DNA of 64,000 nt, taken from the IMG/VR virus record IMGVR_UViG_3300023174_000034; one strand, written 5' to 3'. The notes beneath the pieces are model-generated. The model saw only the letters and a list, made by a program, of their open reading frames with translations, had not been told where the DNA came from and did not search any database. Position 1 is the stretch's first letter. The number at the start of each line of letters is the position of its first letter. The DNA is from a virus. Its lineage: Duplodnaviria; Heunggongvirae; Uroviricota; Caudoviricetes. Positions 31,842 through 42,445 of the stretch are shown here, in pieces. The position numbers and the translations under genes are program-made.

Positions 31842-33491
31842 GTTTATAAAGTCACGAATCTTAATTGTGTTTACAAGTGTTGTTGAATTGTAAAGTTTGT
31901 TGTCGGCTAGCACATAAAAGGGCATTACACCATATTTGTCTAGTAACTTTCTAAATTTCTCACCATCACGCTGGGCTCGATCCCACATGTGAGGCCTAAG
32001 AGAATTATAATTTTTTTTCAAAAACTTAGTTTCGTTACGAACTCTAGTTAGGCTTGTTAGTGCTAGTACGGCATATTGCATGTACAAATTTTCCTCTAAC
32101 CCAGCTGAGTAGTGCTCCCAGATAACATCACTACGATAAGATATTGGTAACTCATCGTTTTCGATTGAGTGTAACATTCGTTCTGTAATCATCTCATCAG
32201 TATACCCAGTCCAGTCTAAGTCAGGCCTGACGCTTGTATCGTACATTGGGAAAATAGTTGGGGTGACTTTTATTTTGTGCTTCTTAATATACTCTGCATC
32301 CGCACCAGGAGATGTTGGTAGCATGTGCCACGGTGAAGCATTCATGCTCCAAAGTGGAGCTAGGTCTGTGAACTCAATTAACATTTGATCCCACGATTCT
32401 CTAGTTTCGCCTGGCAAGCCTGTCATTAGTACAGGAAGGAATTTTAATGTATAATCTTTCTTTAGATCTATTAACATTTTTTTATATTCGGTCCAAGGAA
32501 TCGCTGGTCGATCAATGTTCTCCAACACTTGGGGAGTTATTGATTGTAACGGTACCTTGCATTCTATCTCTCCGAATATATCTCCCCTCATGCGATAAAT
32601 TGCGTGTACTCTATCTTTATGTAATTTTGCCCAGCTTGGTTCTGTAGCTCGTGGGATTCTTCCGGCTTTTTGCAATTTCCAAATATGCTCAATGCTTTTT
32701 AAGTCTTTTTCGTAAATTCCAAAGTTGGCATTATTAAATGAAATTTTACAACTTTGCTCAGCAAATAGTTCAATTTCATCATGGTGGTCATATTTTTTTG
32801 CAATTACCTTATGGTGCAAGCCTGACTCCCAGTCACAGAAGCTACAATCATAAGGACATCCTCTATCACTTTCCCATGCCACAATCGGTGCATTGCCGGT
32901 CCTGGCTTTTATTTCGTTGCAATCTCTTACAAATGTTTCCTTGCAATGGATCCAAGGGCTGTGGTGTGTGTATACTTTGCCCTTGTACAATTGGTGAGGC
33001 GTATTATGCACTTTTCCTTTTGTGTCTTTGAAGATTAAATTTTTAATATTCAACAAGTCTAGCGTGGTAGTCTTGTTATCAAATATAGCATCTATTAGAT
33101 CAATAAATGTTTGCTCACCGTCACCATAACAGATGTAGTCATAGTACGGATATTTGTTAGAAAATCCTGTTGGATCCTTCCAGTCAACCTCTGGTCCGCC
33201 TAGTAGTATAACAGTCTCGGGCGATTCTTCACGAATACGTTTTGCTAGATAGTGCAGGATTTCGGCCGACCATAGGTACATACTTAGACATACGATGTCT
33301 GGTTTTGAATCTACAAATGCCTGCCAAATTTGTGTTTTGTTAGGTTGCCATATGTATGCTGGCAACCATTCAAGTTTGTCAGGGTATTTGCCTTCTATAT
33401 CATACGCCAGTTGAAACATGTACTGAATAACTGGCGTATGAATTTCCGATGAAATAGTGGTTGGTATAAAAACCATTATTTTTTTAGTCAT
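31824..33491 (-). CDS. Cobalamin-binding radical SAM protein
   Basis: PDIVCLS.Y.W, LGGPE, GDGE, RGCPYDCSFC, GLPGET. Confidence 0.9.
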   Translation of the reverse strand: MTKKIMVFIPTTISSEIHTPVIQYMFQLAYDIEGKYPDKLEWLPAYIWQPNKTQIWQAFVDSKPDIVCLSMYLWSAEILHYLAKRIREESPETVILLGGPEVDWKDPTGFSNKYPYYDYICYGDGEQTFIDLIDAIFDNKTTTLDLLNIKNLIFKDTKGKVHNTPHQLYKGKVYTHHSPWIHCKETFVRDCNEIKARTGNAPIVAWESDRGCPYDCSFCDWESGLHHKVIAKKYDHHDEIELFAEQSCKISFNNANFGIYEKDLKSIEHIWKLQKAGRIPRATEPSWAKLHKDRVHAIYRMRGDIFGEIECKVPLQSITPQVLENIDRPAIPWTEYKKMLIDLKKDYTLKFLPVLMTGLPGETRESWDQMLIEFTDLAPLWSMNASPWHMLPTSPGADAEYIKKHKIKVTPTIFPMYDTSVRPDLDWTGYTDEMITERMLHSIENDELPISYRSDVIWEHYSAGLEENLYMQYAVLALTSLTRVRNETKFLKKNYNSLRPHMWDRAQRDGEKFRKLLDKYGVMPFYVLADNKLYNSTTLVNTIKIRDFINLSAKP

Positions 33492-33494
33492 TGA

Positions 33495-34028
33495 TCATCC
33501 CATGGCCTGTTGCTTGTCCTCAATGCCTAGATACTGGTACCAACTTGAATGCTGGATATGCACAGGACGACCCTTCCACTTGTTGACCAATTGGTAGTAG
33601 TCAGGCTTGTAGGGCATGTTCATAGGCTTCCATAGCTTGGTGCCTTTTTTATGATTGCATGTCTTGCAAGCAGTAACAGCATTTTCCCAGTTGACCTTAC
33701 CACCTGATGCTTTTGGGATCATGTGGTCGATAGTCAGCTCGTTGTTGTCAAATGTGTCACCGCAGTATTGGCACTGGTACAAGTCACGTAGGTACAAGTT
33801 AGCACGGCTAAAACGCACACCCTTCTTGTTGTTGAAGTAGTTTTTGGTCACAGCAACCGCAGGGTAATGAATAGTCAAGCTGGCACTACGAGCAACGTGG
33901 TTCTCGTATTCTTCAAGCACAGTAATTCTATCCAAAAACATCAGCTTGATAGCATGTTGCCAGTTGATGATGCTCAATGGAAGGATTGAAATAGGCTCGT
34001 AATTAGAGTTTAGAAGAAGGCAGTTCAT
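33495..34028 (-). CDS. HNH endonuclease (McrA-like)
   Basis: LRD.YQCQYCG, TIDH.IP...GG...WEN.VTAC..CN..KG. Confidence 0.9.
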   Translation of the reverse strand: MNCLLLNSNYEPISILPLSIINWQHAIKLMFLDRITVLEEYENHVARSASLTIHYPAVAVTKNYFNNKKGVRFSRANLYLRDLYQCQYCGDTFDNNELTIDHMIPKASGGKVNWENAVTACKTCNHKKGTKLWKPMNMPYKPDYYQLVNKWKGRPVHIQHSSWYQYLGIEDKQQAMG

Positions 34029-34042
34029 GTTAAATACTTATT

Positions 34043-35605
34043 ATGTCGACACTAGAATCAGTTATTGTAAAAAAAGCTCACCAACAAGAGAGCTTTACCG
34101 AACAGCAAATCCTTGAAATAGCCAAGTGCGCCCATCCCGTGACAGGTCCGCAATATTTCATGGACAACTACTTTTACATACAGCACCCAACCAAGGGCAG
34201 TATGCAATATCATCCCTGGGACTATCAAAAGCGTCTCATTGATACTTACCACAATTATAGATACAGCATTAGTTTAATGCCACGACAAACAGGCAAAAGT
34301 ACCAGTGCCGCAGGATATTTATTGTGGTACGCAATGTTCATGCCCGATAGTACTATCCTAGTAGCGGCTCACAAATATCTGGGTGCCCAAGAAATCATGC
34401 AACGTGTGCGATATGCTTACGAAAATTGTCCTGACTTCATACGTGCCGGAGTAGTCAGTTACAACAAGGGCTCAATTGATTTTGACAACGGAAGCCGCAT
34501 TGTGGCGCAAACTACTACAGAAAATACTGGTCGTGGTATGAGTATTTCACTGTTGTACATGGACGAATTTGCATTCGTTAGGCCCAGCATTGCAACAGAG
34601 TTCTGGACAGCCATTGCACCTACATTATCTACAGGTGGTAAGTGTATTATAACATCAACTCCTAATTCGGACGAGGATCAATTTGCCCAAATCTGGCGCC
34701 AGGCCAACAAGTGTGTGGACGAGTTTGGCAACGAAACCGAAGTGGGCACAAACGGATTCAAGAGCTATCGTAGTGCATGGCAAGAGCATCCGGATCGTGA
34801 TGATGCTTGGGCCATCGGCATGCGTAGCCAGCTGGGCGAAGAACGTTTCCGCCGCGAGATGGAATGCGAATTCTTGATCTTTGACGAAACCTTGATCAAC
34901 TCTATTCATCTATTAGAAATGGCCGGCATTGAGCCATTGGAAAAGCAAGGGCAAGTGCGTTGGTACAAAAAGCCACAAAAAGACTGCACCTACATTGTGG
35001 CACTGGATCCCAGTCTAGGCACAGGCGGAGATCCAAGTGCGATTCAAATCATTGAACTTCCTAGCCTGATGCAGGTAGGAGAATGGCAGCACAACAAAAC
35101 ACCTGTGCAAGCACAAGTACGTATCCTGCGCGAAATTACCACATACATCGTGGATGTCATTGGTAACAACAACGATGTGTACTATTCTGTAGAAAATAAC
35201 ACACTGGGCGAAGCCGCACTGGTTGCCATTGCTGAAGTTGGAGAAGAAAATATTCCGGGCATTTTCCTCAGTGAGCCGCGCCGGGCCGGCTCAAGCAATA
35301 TCTATCGCAAGGGCTTTAACACCAGCAACAAAACCAAGCTCGCTGCCTGCGCCAAGTTCAAGCAGTTGATTGAAACCAAAAAGCTCAAAGTAGCCAGCAA
35401 GAACTTGATATCTGAAATGAAAACCTTTGTTGCCCATGGTGTAAGTTATGCGGCAAAACAGGGTGAGACTGATGATTTGGTCATGAGTATGCTGTTAGCG
35501 GTGCGTATGCTACAGTTACTTAAAGAGTTTGATGCCAACCTGGACAAGTCTGTACGAGACACTCTGGACGACTTTGTTGAACCCATGCCCTTTATTATGA
35601 TATGA
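34043..35605 (+). CDS. Terminase large subunit (gp17-like)
   Basis: PRQTGKST Walker A, YMDEFAF Walker B, ITSTPN, LDPS.G.G.D, DDLVM. Confidence 0.95.
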   Translation: MSTLESVIVKKAHQQESFTEQQILEIAKCAHPVTGPQYFMDNYFYIQHPTKGSMQYHPWDYQKRLIDTYHNYRYSISLMPRQTGKSTSAAGYLLWYAMFMPDSTILVAAHKYLGAQEIMQRVRYAYENCPDFIRAGVVSYNKGSIDFDNGSRIVAQTTTENTGRGMSISLLYMDEFAFVRPSIATEFWTAIAPTLSTGGKCIITSTPNSDEDQFAQIWRQANKCVDEFGNETEVGTNGFKSYRSAWQEHPDRDDAWAIGMRSQLGEERFRREMECEFLIFDETLINSIHLLEMAGIEPLEKQGQVRWYKKPQKDCTYIVALDPSLGTGGDPSAIQIIELPSLMQVGEWQHNKTPVQAQVRILREITTYIVDVIGNNNDVYYSVENNTLGEAALVAIAEVGEENIPGIFLSEPRRAGSSNIYRKGFNTSNKTKLAACAKFKQLIETKKLKVASKNLISEMKTFVAHGVSYAAKQGETDDLVMSMLLAVRMLQLLKEFDANLDKSVRDTLDDFVEPMPFIMI

Positions 35606-36123
35606 CAATTACTCCAGTTACTGAAGTGCCTGGGTTATACCTGGTAGACCAAGTGTATGACATAGAATTGCTGGGCCAGTTCTTGGCAGAAGATTTGTCG
35701 CATGTGCCGACCAAAAGTGTGGCATTGCAAGAACATTGGGCGTTTCGCAAAAATTACAAACTGTTCCCTAAACAAAGTTGCTGGAATCAGCTACAGCAGT
35801 CAGTTGACTACACTCTAATACATCAATTGGGTTACTACAAACGCCAGGCACTAGATACTGTGCATTGGATTGATCTGCCAGGATTTATTACAGGTATACA
35901 TCAAGATGATCCAGGCGTTTTTGCCAGCTTGCAAGTGTACTTAGACACAGCAGAAGGACTTGGCACACAGTTTTACAGTAACCATTCAAAGTTGATTTTT
36001 ACTGTGCCCTATAGAAAAAACAGCGGATACCTATTGGTAAACAGCGGCCAACGCCACGGCTTTCCCCAGCCCGTGCAAAAAACTCGCTACAGCACATATA
36101 CTTGGTTAACACCAAAAAGCTAA
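35602..36123 (+). CDS. 2OG-Fe(II) oxygenase-like protein
   Basis: HQD...QVYL...GT.FY...HGF...RYS. Confidence 0.65.
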   Translation: MTITPVTEVPGLYLVDQVYDIELLGQFLAEDLSHVPTKSVALQEHWAFRKNYKLFPKQSCWNQLQQSVDYTLIHQLGYYKRQALDTVHWIDLPGFITGIHQDDPGVFASLQVYLDTAEGLGTQFYSNHSKLIFTVPYRKNSGYLLVNSGQRHGFPQPVQKTRYSTYTWLTPKS

Positions 36124-36131
36124 ATACACAC

Positions 36132-37913
36132 ATGGCACAAGAAATTAACAAAGTAGCAGACGCACTATTTGAAAAAATCCGTAGCAGATTTGAGGATGTG
36201 AGCCTGGGTGACGACAAAGCCGAATCCACAGTAAAACCCGAAGATGCACGTTTTTTCAACTTTGACTACAAAAGCTCAGATGGCGAAAGTTTTGGCAACA
36301 TCACCATCAGCATAATTGATGCTGACAGTCTCAAGATCTACTTTAGCAAAAACATCAGCGAAAAGCTAGATCCAGAACAACTCAAAGAGTGGTACCAATT
36401 CTTATACGAAATGCGTAAATTTGCTCGTCGTAACTTGATGAGCTTTGACACTCGCGACATCAGTCGCAGTAACCTAAACCTCAAGGACATACAGCAAGTG
36501 AGCAAAGCAGATTCTACATACAACTCAAATGACGTGGCAGTGACAGAAAGTCGCTTGTACGGCACACCCAAAACAAGTTTTGAAAACATTGGCACAGCAC
36601 GTATTCGCATTATACATACCGAAAGCATCAACTCAGAAGTTCGTGGTTCACGTGCCAGACATATCAATGCTATCTATGTTGAAAATGCACAAGGTGAACG
36701 TTTCAAGCTGGAACACAACAAGCTGGGCGGCGCCAGAGCAATGGCACGCCACATTGCCGAAGGTGGTAACCCTTACGATCAAGTTGGCGCACACATCAAT
36801 GAGATGGTGCGTGAAATGGCTGAACTGGGTACATTTGTACGTGGCATGCGCCGCAGGGTGTTCGAAGACAACATGACCAAGACCATGGTTGAAGCCGCGG
36901 CAGCACACTACAATCAAATGCACCACCAGTTGAATTCCTTGAAGGGTGCAAGAACATACAATCAGTTTGTGGAATCATTTGAACCACAAACAACACAACT
37001 AGATGAAATGGACATGAACGATCTCAAAGAACGTTTTGTCAAGAAAATTTTTGATGACCGTATGACAGCGGCACTGCCGCATGTGTACAAGGCATACAAG
37101 CTACAAGAGCAAAGCAAACAAAAACAAATTGAAATTGTAAGTAACATCCTGGAAGGACAAGCTGATCTAACACTAGCAGTCAATGAAGGCATGGACGAAT
37201 ACATGAAAATGCTCAGATTCCAAGATACAAACAGCTTGGTTAAGACAGTACTAGAAGATATTGCTAGCCGTGCTGTTACCATGCCAGAGGTTGCACAATT
37301 CGCATCATACTGGGCAAAAAACTACGATACCATTACCGAAGACGACAGTCAAGAACAAAATAGAACAATAGCGATACAGCTTGCCACACACTACATTCGC
37401 GACCTACGCAACATAAGAGAAAACTCAAACTTACGTATTGAATCAGAATACCACGTCAATGAAGAACTGGATGCAGGTTCAGATCTCATTGACGAAGGTA
37501 CAGGCGCAATACCCAAGACTCCAGAAGAACTGCAAGCACTACAACAAATGTTGTCGCAACCAATTCCGTTTGGCATGGACGGTACCAATGTAACTGCTAC
37601 GCTGGGTGAGATTCTCGCTGATGATGAATTGTTTGATACGTTGAGCGCCTTGGCTGACGACCTGGGTGAAGAAGCAGATGCTGTTCCAGCCATCAAAGAA
37701 TGGCTCAAAGACAACTGGCCCGGCATTTATCAACAGTTAGGATTTGGCAACGAAGAATTGGACGCACCACCTGCACAACCACAAATGCCTCCTGCTCCTG
37801 CACCAATGCCCACAGCAGCCGATCAGCCTGCTGGACAAGCCAGTGGTGGCGTGGTAAGTGAAGACGCAGAGCTGGTACAGATGCTTCGAATCGCAGGCTT
37901 GCTCATAAAGTAA
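36132..37913 (+). CDS. Hypothetical late protein
   Basis: TAAATA at 36121 then ATG 36132; long ORF with xTE/xNE motifs. Confidence 0.75.
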   Translation: MAQEINKVADALFEKIRSRFEDVSLGDDKAESTVKPEDARFFNFDYKSSDGESFGNITISIIDADSLKIYFSKNISEKLDPEQLKEWYQFLYEMRKFARRNLMSFDTRDISRSNLNLKDIQQVSKADSTYNSNDVAVTESRLYGTPKTSFENIGTARIRIIHTESINSEVRGSRARHINAIYVENAQGERFKLEHNKLGGARAMARHIAEGGNPYDQVGAHINEMVREMAELGTFVRGMRRRVFEDNMTKTMVEAAAAHYNQMHHQLNSLKGARTYNQFVESFEPQTTQLDEMDMNDLKERFVKKIFDDRMTAALPHVYKAYKLQEQSKQKQIEIVSNILEGQADLTLAVNEGMDEYMKMLRFQDTNSLVKTVLEDIASRAVTMPEVAQFASYWAKNYDTITEDDSQEQNRTIAIQLATHYIRDLRNIRENSNLRIESEYHVNEELDAGSDLIDEGTGAIPKTPEELQALQQMLSQPIPFGMDGTNVTATLGEILADDELFDTLSALADDLGEEADAVPAIKEWLKDNWPGIYQQLGFGNEELDAPPAQPQMPPAPAPMPTAADQPAGQASGGVVSEDAELVQMLRIAGLLIK

Positions 37914-38055
37914 GCAATTCGAACTAAATCATCCAAAGGCGCTTTTTTTGCGCCTTTTCTCTTGCATTGATAAATAAATTTGTTATATACTAGCAGGGTG
38001 CTAGTAAATATCTAGGCACATTAAAGACCATCTTAAACTTATAAAGGAAACTATC

Positions 38056-39045
38056 ATGGCTACATCTCTCGCAGACATCCGCGCTAAACTACAAGCGCAA
38101 GAAAACCGCAAAGGCGGTCAATCACAAGGTGGCGACAACGCTATCTATCCACACTGGAACATTGCAGAAGGTTCCACAGCAAAAATCCGTTTTCTACCAG
38201 ACGGTAATTCCAAAAATGACTTTTTCTGGGTCGAGCGACTAATGATTCGTTTGCCATTTGCTGGCGTAAAAGGCCAAGCAGACAGCAAGCCTGTTATTGT
38301 GCAAGTACCTTGCGTGGAAATGTATGGCGATGCTTGCCCTGTGCTAGCAGAAGTTCGTACATGGTTCAAGGACAAGAGCCTTGAGGAAATGGGTCGTAAG
38401 TACTGGAAGAAGAAGAGTTATTTGTTCCAAGGTTTCGTTCGTGAGAACCCACTTGGTGATGACAAGACTCCAGAGAATCCAATCCGTCGTTTTGTGATCT
38501 CTCCACAGATCTTTAACCTGGTTCGTAATGCGCTAATGGATCCAGACATGGAATCCATGCCAACTGACTACACAGCTGGTCTTGACTTCACAGTTAAGAA
38601 AACCAGCAAAGGTGGTTATGCTGACTACAGCACCAGCAACTGGGCACGTAAAGAATCTTCACTTACCAGTGAAGAACAAGCCGCAGTTGATGCACATGGT
38701 TTGTTTAACTTGAGCGACTTCTTGCCCAAGAAGCCAAGTGATGTAGAGTTAAAGGTTATTAAAGAGATGTTTGAAGCATCTGTTGATGGCCAAGCCTATG
38801 ATCCAGATCGTTGGAGTGCTTACTTCAAGCCTAGCGGCTTCACAGGTGGTAATGCACCTGCCGCAGGTCACGACGATGCTCCTAAGGCAGCTCCGGTTGC
38901 CAAGGCAGCACCTGCTCCAGTTGACGATACTCCTCCATTTGACGTGGATGAGCCAGCTGAAGCAACGGCACCAGTTGCGGCCAAGCCATCCAATGCTCGC
39001 GCAGAGGATATCCTGGCCATGATCCGTAACCGTCAGAAGTCTTAA
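38056..39045 (+). CDS. Single-stranded DNA-binding protein (gp32-like)
   Basis: IRFLP, C.E.YG..CPV, Y.DY..S, acidic low-complexity tail. Confidence 0.85.
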   Translation: MATSLADIRAKLQAQENRKGGQSQGGDNAIYPHWNIAEGSTAKIRFLPDGNSKNDFFWVERLMIRLPFAGVKGQADSKPVIVQVPCVEMYGDACPVLAEVRTWFKDKSLEEMGRKYWKKKSYLFQGFVRENPLGDDKTPENPIRRFVISPQIFNLVRNALMDPDMESMPTDYTAGLDFTVKKTSKGGYADYSTSNWARKESSLTSEEQAAVDAHGLFNLSDFLPKKPSDVELKVIKEMFEASVDGQAYDPDRWSAYFKPSGFTGGNAPAAGHDDAPKAAPVAKAAPAPVDDTPPFDVDEPAEATAPVAAKPSNARAEDILAMIRNRQKS

Positions 39046-39117
39046 ACGGAACCGTGGGCGAGAAGATATCGAGCGCCAGATCGATAAACTGGTAGGCTCA
39101 CTCGCCCACATCTTTTT

Positions 39118-39894
39118 ATGAAACTAATTTGGTTATCAAGTGGTGATGAAATTGAAGTCACGCCTTCCAATCAAGAACTTGCTGAATACTATGTAGATGC
39201 TATTGCTCCGTACAACAATTTTGTTTGTACAGAGTCTGCAATTGAAACAGAAAAAGCCACAAGACTGATATGGGCGCTAGAAGATATCAATCGATTTGTC
39301 ACAGAACATAAAATTGCACCTGCATTTGCAGTAGGCAATCCGTACGATCAACAATACCTGAATGAACTGCATCGTGCCTGGGTAAAGTTTCACATATCCA
39401 CACCAAAGATCATACAGTTATTGAGAGCCAAACAGCCTGACTTGATCAATCAATTTCGCGGCATTAACCAGATACTGCACAGCATTGAGCAGATGTTTCA
39501 TCAAGTTTGGGCCAGCACAGACAACGGGGAAGTACACCAGGTACCAAACCCTTTTATCAATGCTCTCACGCATGACATTGCAAATGTACAAATAGTGTTC
39601 AATGACCTGGGCCGCAACACGTTTAACAAATGGTTGTACTTTGATGATAATCTAGATCCAGCAGACACCAACGACTTTGTTAATCTACCAGTTGAAATTG
39701 AAATCAGCCTCAAGCGTCCAATCAACTACACAGCACCCAATCACTATGTTGATTGGTGCAAGCAACAAGGATTAGACCAACCGCCCGGGCGTTGGTTAAA
39801 CTTGGGAAACATTCGTGACCTTGAGTCAAAGCTAGAACACTATCGACTCGTACTTACGAGAAACAGATCAGTTGACATGCACATCGCAATGTAA
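39118..39894 (+). CDS. Hypothetical protein
   Basis: 258-aa ORF with LNELH and LH.IE motifs. Confidence 0.7.
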   Translation: MKLIWLSSGDEIEVTPSNQELAEYYVDAIAPYNNFVCTESAIETEKATRLIWALEDINRFVTEHKIAPAFAVGNPYDQQYLNELHRAWVKFHISTPKIIQLLRAKQPDLINQFRGINQILHSIEQMFHQVWASTDNGEVHQVPNPFINALTHDIANVQIVFNDLGRNTFNKWLYFDDNLDPADTNDFVNLPVEIEISLKRPINYTAPNHYVDWCKQQGLDQPPGRWLNLGNIRDLESKLEHYRLVLTRNRSVDMHIAM

Positions 39895-39900
39895 CATAAT
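39872..39900 (+). promoter_or_regulatory. sigma70-type promoter for uvsX
   Basis: TTGACA-17-CATAAT. Confidence 0.7.
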
Positions 39901-39918
39901 ACAACAAAGGAAACTATC

Positions 39919-40989
39919 ATGGCAAAACCATTTGACCTAAGCAAATTTAGAAAAAGCATTACAAAAAGCATTGACGGTATCTCTGTCGGCTTCCATGATC
40001 CGGACACATGGATCTCAACAGGCAACTACACATTAAACTATCTTATCTCGGGTGCATTTGATAAAGGCATTCCGATGGGCAAGGTCACTGTGTTTGCAGG
40101 TGAATCGGGCGCAGGTAAAAGTTTTATCTGTTCGGGCAACTTGATTGCCAATGCACAAAAACAAGGTATCTATCCAATCCTCATTGATAGCGAAAATGCT
40201 CTCGACGAGAAATGGTTACACGCACTTGGTGTAGACACAAGTGAAGATAAACTTCTCAAATTGAACATGGCCATGATTGATGATGTGGCCAAGATGGTTA
40301 GCGAATTTGTCAAAGAATACAAAACCATGCCAGAGGCAGAACGTCCCAAGGTCCTGTTTGTGGTTGACTCATTGGGCATGTTGCTCACACCCACAGACGT
40401 CAACCAGTTTGAAGCAGGCGACATGAAAGGCGACATGGGTCGTAAACCCAAAGCACTGGCCGCATTGGTTCGTAATTGCGTGAACATGTTTGGTAACTTG
40501 AATCTAGGCCTGGTATGTACAGCACACACCTATGCAAGCCAGGACATGTTTGACCCTGATGACAAGATCTCAGGCGGTCAAGGCTTTATCTACGCCAGCT
40601 CAATCGTGGTTGCCATGCGTAAATTGAAACTGAAAGAAGATGAAGACGGCAACAAGATTTCAGAAGTAAAAGGTATTCGTGCCGCTTGCAAGGTCATGAA
40701 GACTCGCTATGCCAAACCTTTTGAATCAGTACAAGTCAAGATTCCGTATGAGTCAGGCATGAGCCCATATTCAGGCATGACAGACATGTTGGAAGGCAAG
40801 GAACTTCTTAAGAAGGAAGGCAACAGTTTGCTATATACACTAGCTGATGGAACAGTGATCAAGAAGTTCCGTAAAGCCTGGGAACGCAACGATGACGAGT
40901 GTTTGGACAAAGTAATGAAAGACTTTGTTGACAATCCTCATCATGTAGTAGCCACTGCCCAACCAACTGAAGAGGAACCAGTAGAATGA
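39919..40989 (+). CDS. uvsX: RecA-like recombinase UvsX
   Basis: GESGAGKS, IDSENA, VVDSLG, SGG.G..YASS. Confidence 0.93.
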   Translation: MAKPFDLSKFRKSITKSIDGISVGFHDPDTWISTGNYTLNYLISGAFDKGIPMGKVTVFAGESGAGKSFICSGNLIANAQKQGIYPILIDSENALDEKWLHALGVDTSEDKLLKLNMAMIDDVAKMVSEFVKEYKTMPEAERPKVLFVVDSLGMLLTPTDVNQFEAGDMKGDMGRKPKALAALVRNCVNMFGNLNLGLVCTAHTYASQDMFDPDDKISGGQGFIYASSIVVAMRKLKLKEDEDGNKISEVKGIRAACKVMKTRYAKPFESVQVKIPYESGMSPYSGMTDMLEGKELLKKEGNSLLYTLADGTVIKKFRKAWERNDDECLDKVMKDFVDNPHHVVATAQPTEEEPVE

Positions 40990-41228
40990 TTGATGTAGAA
41001 GTTTTATGCGAAACCTATGGGGTAATGAAAGAATACATTAGCTCAAAAGATCGTCAGGCAGTTGCTGACCATGTGTTTAGTATTTTGAGTGATAGCGATG
41101 GCATCTCTGAAAAAGATCTCAAAGTCTTTGCAGGGTGCGATAGCTATCTACAACGAGCCTGTGCCGACTACTTCGAGGACGACGAAGAAGTGGACGAGGA
41201 TAACTTTGACGACGGCGAAGAAGACTAA
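40986..41228 (+). CDS. Small acidic hypothetical protein
   Basis: ATGA overlap; D/E-rich tail. Confidence 0.7.
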   Translation: MIDVEVLCETYGVMKEYISSKDRQAVADHVFSILSDSDGISEKDLKVFAGCDSYLQRACADYFEDDEEVDEDNFDDGEED

Positions 41229-41681
41229 ATGTGGTATAACAAGGTAGTCCAAGATTTAAGCAACATTCCAGGATTTATCGACTACTACGAAGCAGAACTT
41301 TTTATTGCAAAAAAAGATGTGTCTGTGCATGGTAGAGTTGAACGTAGCCTAACGGATTTGCCCGGACTAACCGAGCATCGTTTCAATCAGCTACAAGAGA
41401 TTGAAGCGGTGCTGGAATTCCTCAATATTCAGTTGCGGAAAATACGTAGAAAACACTTTCAAAAATATCTAGAAACCTATGCTCGTGCGCTGACATCACG
41501 TGATGCTGAAAAGTATGTGGATGGAGAAGACGAAGTGATTGACTTTGAAACCATCATCAACGAAGTGGCACTGCTACGCAATCGTTGGCTAGGTATCTTA
41601 AAAGGGCTAGAAAGCAAAAACTTCATGCTGGGTCATGTGGTACGACTACGCACAGCCGGAATGGAAGATGTCTCAGTTTAA
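41229..41681 (+). CDS. uvsY: Recombination mediator UvsY-like protein
   Basis: Helical 150 aa near uvsX; AEKYVDGE motif. Confidence 0.7.
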   Translation: MWYNKVVQDLSNIPGFIDYYEAELFIAKKDVSVHGRVERSLTDLPGLTEHRFNQLQEIEAVLEFLNIQLRKIRRKHFQKYLETYARALTSRDAEKYVDGEDEVIDFETIINEVALLRNRWLGILKGLESKNFMLGHVVRLRTAGMEDVSV

Positions 41682-42417
41682 CAACGCACATCAAAGTCAT
41701 GACCATAGTATGTATGTGCTCGGATTGCTTAGAGAGCATGATACATTCATGGAAAGTATCAGCTCTGTGGCCGACATGGGCGCAGGACAATGCTTGGACA
41801 CACTATGGTGGGCCAATGCTACCACACGTGATGAACCACGTGAATCACTTGATCTAAAGTGTTATGCTGTGGATCGACTGCCACTCACAATAGACTTTGA
41901 GCCGCCCAAGAACTTTACCTATATACAGCGTGACTTTGAAAAGCCATGCTTGCCAACACCCGTGGATGTTATCTGGTGTCACGATGCGTTTCAATATGCA
42001 ATCAACCCACTCAAAACCCTAGGAGTGTTCAACCAACAGATGAACACCAACGGCATGTTGTACCTGGGTATTCCTGTGCTCACACATCATGTGTACGGTA
42101 AATGGCAAAGTGTGGCACAGAATTATCAGTACTATAACCACACGTTTCTTAACCTGGTGTACATGCTGGCCATCAATGGATTTGATGTCAAAGATGCGTA
42201 TTTCCGCAAAGCAATAGATGATCCGTGGTTACATGCCGCTGTGTTCAAGGTCAGCGATGAATTGCTAGACCCTGCCACAACCAGCTGGTTTGAACTGGCA
42301 GATCGTGGGCTATTGCACGACAGCCTGGTGCAAAGCATACGGCAATTTGGCCTTGTGCGCCAACAAGATGCACTGTATACCTGGCTGGACAAAGCTCTGT
42401 ACCGGATTGATCACTGA
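41668..42417 (+). CDS. Class I SAM-dependent methyltransferase
   Basis: VADMGAG, DVIWCHD, NGMLYL. Confidence 0.75.
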   Translation: MSQFNNAHQSHDHSMYVLGLLREHDTFMESISSVADMGAGQCLDTLWWANATTRDEPRESLDLKCYAVDRLPLTIDFEPPKNFTYIQRDFEKPCLPTPVDVIWCHDAFQYAINPLKTLGVFNQQMNTNGMLYLGIPVLTHHVYGKWQSVAQNYQYYNHTFLNLVYMLAINGFDVKDAYFRKAIDDPWLHAAVFKVSDELLDPATTSWFELADRGLLHDSLVQSIRQFGLVRQQDALYTWLDKALYRIDH

Positions 42418-42445
42418 TGCATAAATACTCTTATTACGAGTAAAC

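Noticed and set aside
33495-35605. HNH gene as an intron-encoded homing endonuclease of the terminase
   Set aside because: The terminase ORF is uninterrupted; the HNH gene is free-standing and divergent.
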